Assembly (NCBI GenBank): GCA_037133215.1
Contig: JBAXOM010000003.1
Coordinates: 1 to 41,479, forward strand
Direction: 5' to 3'
From: Thermoleophilia bacterium
GTDB taxonomy: Bacteria; Actinomycetota; Thermoleophilia; Gaiellales; F1-60-MAGs149
DNA length: 41,479 nt
Shown: piece by piece, positions 37,532 to 41,479 of the stretch
How the letters are laid out: every line of letters begins with the position of its first letter
How positions within the stretch are numbered: the first letter of the stretch is position 1
Translations under genes and position numbers: made by a program
Notes under the pieces: model-generated
What the model was told of the DNA's origin: nothing
Seen by the model: only the letters and a program-made list of their open reading frames with translations
The model's database searches: none

Positions 37532-37918
37532 CTACACCGTCGCGACGACTTCGATCTCGACGATCGCACCCGCGGGCAAAGCCGCGACCTGGAACGTCGA
37601 GCGAGCCGGGAACGGCTCAGGCATACGCGCTGCGTAGACCTCATTCATTGCCGCAAAATCTCCAAGGTCGGCCATGTAGACCTGCGCGCGCAGAACCTTC
37701 GAAAGGTCCGAACCTGCGGCCTCAAGAATCGCGGCGACGTTGTCGAAGCACTTGTTGGTCTGCTCCTGGATGCCACCCTCAACGAGGACGCCCGTAGCGG
37801 GATCAATCGGAATCTGGCCGGCAAGGAAAATCAGGTTGCCCGACTTCGTCGCTTGGTTGTACGGCGCGCCACCGAGTGGGGCGGGCGCGTTTTCGGTGCG
37901 GATGATTTCCTTCGACAC
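37532..37918 (-). CDS. ridA: RidA/YjgF family enamine/imine deaminase
   Basis: APAP...PYNQA, AGQIP, MNEVY, PARS, LP...VEIE; SD AGGAG. Confidence 0.93.
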   Translation of the reverse strand: MSKEIIRTENAPAPLGGAPYNQATKSGNLIFLAGQIPIDPATGVLVEGGIQEQTNKCFDNVAAILEAAGSDLSKVLRAQVYMADLGDFAAMNEVYAARMPEPFPARSTFQVAALPAGAIVEIEVVATV

Positions 37919-37972
37919 GTGAGTCTCCTGATCGCATTCGTGTGCCCACGGATCGTACAGAAGTGGCGGTAA

Positions 37973-39286
37973 CTAGCCGCGCACGCGCTCGATCTGCGCG
38001 CCGAGGCCACGCAGGCGTTCGTCGATCCGCTCGTAGCCACGGTCGATCTGGCCGACGTTGCCAATCACCGTTCGACCTTGCGCACAGAGCGCGCCAATCA
38101 GCATCGCCATGCCGGCACGAATGTCGGGACTATCGACGCGCTCGCCAACCAGCTGAGCAGGTCCGGTCACGATCGCGCGATGCGGATCGCAGAGCACAAT
38201 GCGCGCGCCCATCGAGACGAGCTTGTCGGTAAAGACCAGGCGGTTCTCGAACATCTTCTCGTAGATCAAAATCGTTCCGCGCGCCTGCGTGGCGACGGCA
38301 ACCGCAATCGAGGTGAGGTCGGCGGGGAACTGGGGCCACGGTCCGTCTTCGAGCTTTGGCACCTGCCCGCCGAAATCGTCACGGATCGTCAGGTCCTGAT
38401 CGTCCGGCACCGTCAGCGTGCGACCGTCAAGCTCGATCCGGACACCAAGCCGCTCGAAACCGTGCAATACGGGATGCAGGTCTTCGGGCTCGACATCCTC
38501 AATCACAATCTCGCCACGCGTGACGGCCGCGAGGCCGATAAACGACGCCTCTTCGATATGGTCTGGTCCGATGCGGTGCTGCGCGCCACCGAGGCTGGCG
38601 CGGCCGTGCACGCAGAGGACGTTCGAGCCGATCCCGTCGATCTCGGCACCCATCGCTACGAGGAAGCGGCAGAGGTCCTGCACGTGCGGCTCGCAGGCCG
38701 CGTTGATCAACGTGGTGTCACCTTTGGCGAGGACGGCGGCCATGACGGCGTTCTCGGTCGCGGTCACGCTGGGCTCGTCCATGAAGAAGCGTGCACCCAC
38801 CAATCCATCTGGCGCACGCAGCATGAAGTCACGTTCGATTTCGATCTCGGCACCAAGCGCTGCGAACGCGTGGAGATGGGTATCGATGCGACGGCGCCCA
38901 ATGACGTCTCCACCAGGTGGCGGTACGAGCACCGAGCCGCAGCGAGCCAAGAGTGGCCCAGCCAGCAGGATTGAGGCGCGAATCTGCACGCTGAGTGCGC
39001 GATTGATTTCGGGCGTAATCTCGCCAGCGGCCTTAATGCGCAGCGTGTTCTGCTCTGTCCACTCGACCTCGGCACCAACCGACTTGACGAGCTCGGCCAT
39101 CACCTCGGTGTCACGAATGCGCGGCACGTTCTCAACGATGCATTCCTGATCTGTTAGGAGACAGGCAGCAATGATCGGGAGTGCCCCGTTTTTGTTGCCG
39201 CCGACCGAGACGCGACCCGAGAGCGGCTTGCCGCCTTCGATCACGAATAGGTCGCCGAGCGAATTACGGTTCGGCGAATCACTCAC
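37973..39286 (-). CDS. murA: UDP-N-acetylglucosamine 1-carboxyvinyltransferase (Asp at the active-site Cys position)
   Basis: GNKNG, RASIL, PGGDVIGRR, SVTATEN, NAACEPH, FENR, DIRAG, DRGYE. Confidence 0.97.
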   Translation of the reverse strand: MSDSPNRNSLGDLFVIEGGKPLSGRVSVGGNKNGALPIIAACLLTDQECIVENVPRIRDTEVMAELVKSVGAEVEWTEQNTLRIKAAGEITPEINRALSVQIRASILLAGPLLARCGSVLVPPPGGDVIGRRRIDTHLHAFAALGAEIEIERDFMLRAPDGLVGARFFMDEPSVTATENAVMAAVLAKGDTTLINAACEPHVQDLCRFLVAMGAEIDGIGSNVLCVHGRASLGGAQHRIGPDHIEEASFIGLAAVTRGEIVIEDVEPEDLHPVLHGFERLGVRIELDGRTLTVPDDQDLTIRDDFGGQVPKLEDGPWPQFPADLTSIAVAVATQARGTILIYEKMFENRLVFTDKLVSMGARIVLCDPHRAIVTGPAQLVGERVDSPDIRAGMAMLIGALCAQGRTVIGNVGQIDRGYERIDERLRGLGAQIERVRG

Positions 39287-39345
39287 AGGTGCAAGTCTAA
39301 ACGCCGTTGCTACAGACCTTCGGTAGTTGGCTACGCTTGCGCACT

Positions 39346-39918
39346 ATGGAAACCGACCTCGTCCACGACCGCGACGCTGCCTGGAGCATCGTCTGCGAGT
39401 TCATCCAGTCCGACGCCTTGCGCCGACACGCGTTGGCCGTAGAGGCCTCCGTGCGCTCGTACGCGCGAGCAGGTGGCGAAGACGAGGCGGCCTGGGGCAA
39501 CGTCGCACTCCTGCACGATTTCGACTGGGAGATCCACCCCACGCTCGAGCAGCACCCGCAGGCAGGCGAGGCGATCCTCGAGGAGCGCGGCTATCCCGAC
39601 TGGTTTCGTCGCGCGATCCTCGCGCACGCCCAGCACACCGGTGTCGTGCCGGAGACGGCGCTCGAGAAGACACTGTTCGCCTGCGATGAGTTGAGCGGCT
39701 TCGTCCACGCCTGTGGCCTGATCCGCCCAACCGGTCTCGAGGGTCTCGAGCCGAAGAGCGTCAAGAAGAAGTTGAAGACGGCGTCCTTCGCGGCTGGCGT
39801 CAGTCGCGACGACGTCTACGAAGGTGCCGAGCTGCTGGGCATCGAGCTCGACGACCACATTCGCAACGTCGTCGCAGCCCTCCAGCCGATCGCCGGCGAG
39901 CTCGGCCTGCCGGCCTGA
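39346..39918 (+). CDS. HD-domain predicted hydrolase
   Basis: RHALAVE, LLHDFDWE, H..G, AILAH, ACDELSG, KSVKKK..SFAAGV; start ATG 39346. Confidence 0.88.
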   Translation: METDLVHDRDAAWSIVCEFIQSDALRRHALAVEASVRSYARAGGEDEAAWGNVALLHDFDWEIHPTLEQHPQAGEAILEERGYPDWFRRAILAHAQHTGVVPETALEKTLFACDELSGFVHACGLIRPTGLEGLEPKSVKKKLKTASFAAGVSRDDVYEGAELLGIELDDHIRNVVAALQPIAGELGLPA

Positions 39919-39934
39919 GCGGCGATCACTGAGA

Positions 39935-41068
39935 TTAGAGCGCGCTGAGACCTGTAATCAGCCGATCGATATCCGACCGGTCGTTCCAACAGCCAACGGA
40001 GACACGGATCAGGTCGGTGCCTGGCAGCGAGCGAGCGATGATGCCGTCGTCTTCGAGCTTGCGCACCACGACGGGAGCGGGCAGTCCCCCCATTTCGAAC
40101 GCCACGAACGGCGAGGGCACGTCGACGTCAGAAACAATCGCCTTCGACACCTCAGAGAGACGCTCACGTAGGTGCCCGGATAGCTCCATCGCAGCGGCAT
40201 GGGTGTCGGTGTAGCCACCGATCGATTCGCGCCACGCGATTGCAGTCGTCAGACCAACCAGCGCAGTGTGGGTGACGGTGCCGGGTTCGAAACGGCGCGC
40301 ACTCCCCCACATCCGCGGCCCCTCCGGCGTCTTCTCCATCGTCGGATACCCGGGGAAGGCCGGCGAGATGCGATCGAGTGAACCCGGATTGACCCAGAGG
40401 CCACCCGTCCCCGACGGGCCACACAACCACTTCTGGCCGCTGATCGTGTAGAAATCGCAGCCCAACGTCTGTACATCGACCGGGATGCAGCCTGGACCCT
40501 GAGCCGCATCGACGAGAAAGACCGCTCCGTGCGCGCGCACGATTTCGGACATCCGTGGGATCGGCATAATCCGACCCGTCGTCCAGACCACATGCGAGAG
40601 CGCGACCAGCTTGACGCGCGGCGTCAATGCATCAGCGATCGCTTGGGCAGGATCGTCTGCGTACGTGATCGGCACAATGATCACCTCGATGCCTCGCCGC
40701 TCGCCCATCACCTTCAGGGGCACCGTCAGGCCGGGGTGTTCGAAATCGCCGATCAGGACCTGATCGCCTGGCTGCCAGTCGATACCACCCACCACGAGGT
40801 TGAGGCCATCGCTGGTGCAGTGACCAAGCGCGATCTCTGAGGCCGGCGCATTCACCACACGGCCAAGTGCACTGCGGGTATCCGCCTCGATCTTCGACTG
40901 TTCGGCGTAGCGGTCGTCGCCAATGCGTCCCTGCGTCCAGACACCCTCAATGTGCGCGCTCATCGCATCGCGCACCGCCTGCGGAAACGGACCGTAGGTA
41001 CCGGTGTTGAAGTAAACGTTGTTGGTGACGGCCGGCATTGCGGCGCGAATCGCTGTGAGTTCGAGCAT
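39935..41068 (-). CDS. Class V PLP enzyme, L-cysteine/cystine C-S lyase (C-DES/EgtE-like)
   Basis: YFNTG..GP, EHP, SHVVWTTG, DAAQ, SGQKWLCGP (PLP Lys), RFE; start ATG 41068. Confidence 0.85.
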   Translation of the reverse strand: MLELTAIRAAMPAVTNNVYFNTGTYGPFPQAVRDAMSAHIEGVWTQGRIGDDRYAEQSKIEADTRSALGRVVNAPASEIALGHCTSDGLNLVVGGIDWQPGDQVLIGDFEHPGLTVPLKVMGERRGIEVIIVPITYADDPAQAIADALTPRVKLVALSHVVWTTGRIMPIPRMSEIVRAHGAVFLVDAAQGPGCIPVDVQTLGCDFYTISGQKWLCGPSGTGGLWVNPGSLDRISPAFPGYPTMEKTPEGPRMWGSARRFEPGTVTHTALVGLTTAIAWRESIGGYTDTHAAAMELSGHLRERLSEVSKAIVSDVDVPSPFVAFEMGGLPAPVVVRKLEDDGIIARSLPGTDLIRVSVGCWNDRSDIDRLITGLSAL

Positions 41069-41108
41069 GTCGGTAGCGTACGCCCTCTGCCCGGGTAGCA
41101 TCCAAGGC

Positions 41109-41420
41109 ATGTTTCGCCGCAAGCGCTTCGGAGACCTGATCGAAGAGCAGTTGCGCATCTTTGCGAGCGATCATGCAGACCGTCTCCAGGCCATGCGTGA
41201 TGCCCGCGAGCGCTACCGCTCTGCCGACACCGACGAGGCCGAGGAGTCGTACGGCGAGTACGCCGACGAGATTGACTGGGCGGCTGAAGAGTTGTCGGAG
41301 ATGCGCGACGCCTACGCCACGACGCTCGACGAAGGCATTGACGACCAGTATCTCCGCGAGTTTTCGAAGGCCGTCCACCGAGCGCTCCCCGAGATCGCCG
41401 TGATCCTCGACACGCTCTGA
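41109..41420 (+). CDS. Hypothetical acidic helical protein, 103 aa
   Basis: MFRRKRFGDLIEEQL...; TAGCAT 7 nt before ATG; TGATG overlap with the next ORF. Confidence 0.75.
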   Translation: MFRRKRFGDLIEEQLRIFASDHADRLQAMRDARERYRSADTDEAEESYGEYADEIDWAAEELSEMRDAYATTLDEGIDDQYLREFSKAVHRALPEIAVILDTL

Positions 41421-41479
41421 TGATCGACCACGCCACGATCGAGGAATGGATTCGACAGTGGGGCTACGTCGCGGTCTTC
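41420..41479 (+). CDS. Start of a probable DedA-family membrane protein (partial)
   Basis: MIDHATIEEWIRQWGYVAVF resembles DedA N-termini (..GY.AVF); only 20 codons are visible. Confidence 0.5.
   Translation, partial: MIDHATIEEWIRQWGYVAVF

Overview
High-GC, gene-dense bacterial chromosome segment, mostly on the minus strand. Gene order and protein types suggest an actinobacterium, probably a deep-branching Thermoleophilia-like lineage (inference). The backbone is housekeeping: ftsY-smc-rnc-acpP-rpmF-yceD-sepIVA-like-coaD-rsmD-recG; a DAK2-DegV fusion and rpmB; ribD-ribE-ribBA-ribH; def-fmt-rsmB-rpe; rpsB-tsf-pyrH; the pgeF-yggS-sepF...proC-yggT-divIVA-dksA-lspA-rluD cluster; and murA-ridA-cca. 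Two accessory blocks interrupt conserved synteny. The first (about 10.0-13.1 kb) holds a DUF429-like nuclease, an unannotated 45-aa Glu/Pro-repeat peptide coupled by an ATGA overlap to an uncharacterised Cys/His protein, a stand-alone homocysteine methyltransferase with a 'virulence factor' partner, and a 56-aa membrane peptide. The second (about 28.3-32.4 kb) holds a GFA protein, an RCC1-repeat lipoprotein and a glnA4-like/puuD-like pair. Reading the DNA directly gave three small ORFs missing from the ORF track, a probable CTG start for fmt, a structured rpsB leader, a 32-bp palindrome, and about 23 genes with a -10 hexamer 6-8 nt before the start codon (leaderless architecture). The best candidate for an undescribed system is the peptide + Cys/His protein pair at 10860-11683. 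No rRNA, tRNA, CRISPR array, transposase or integrase was seen. Several start codons were re-called from the ORF track.
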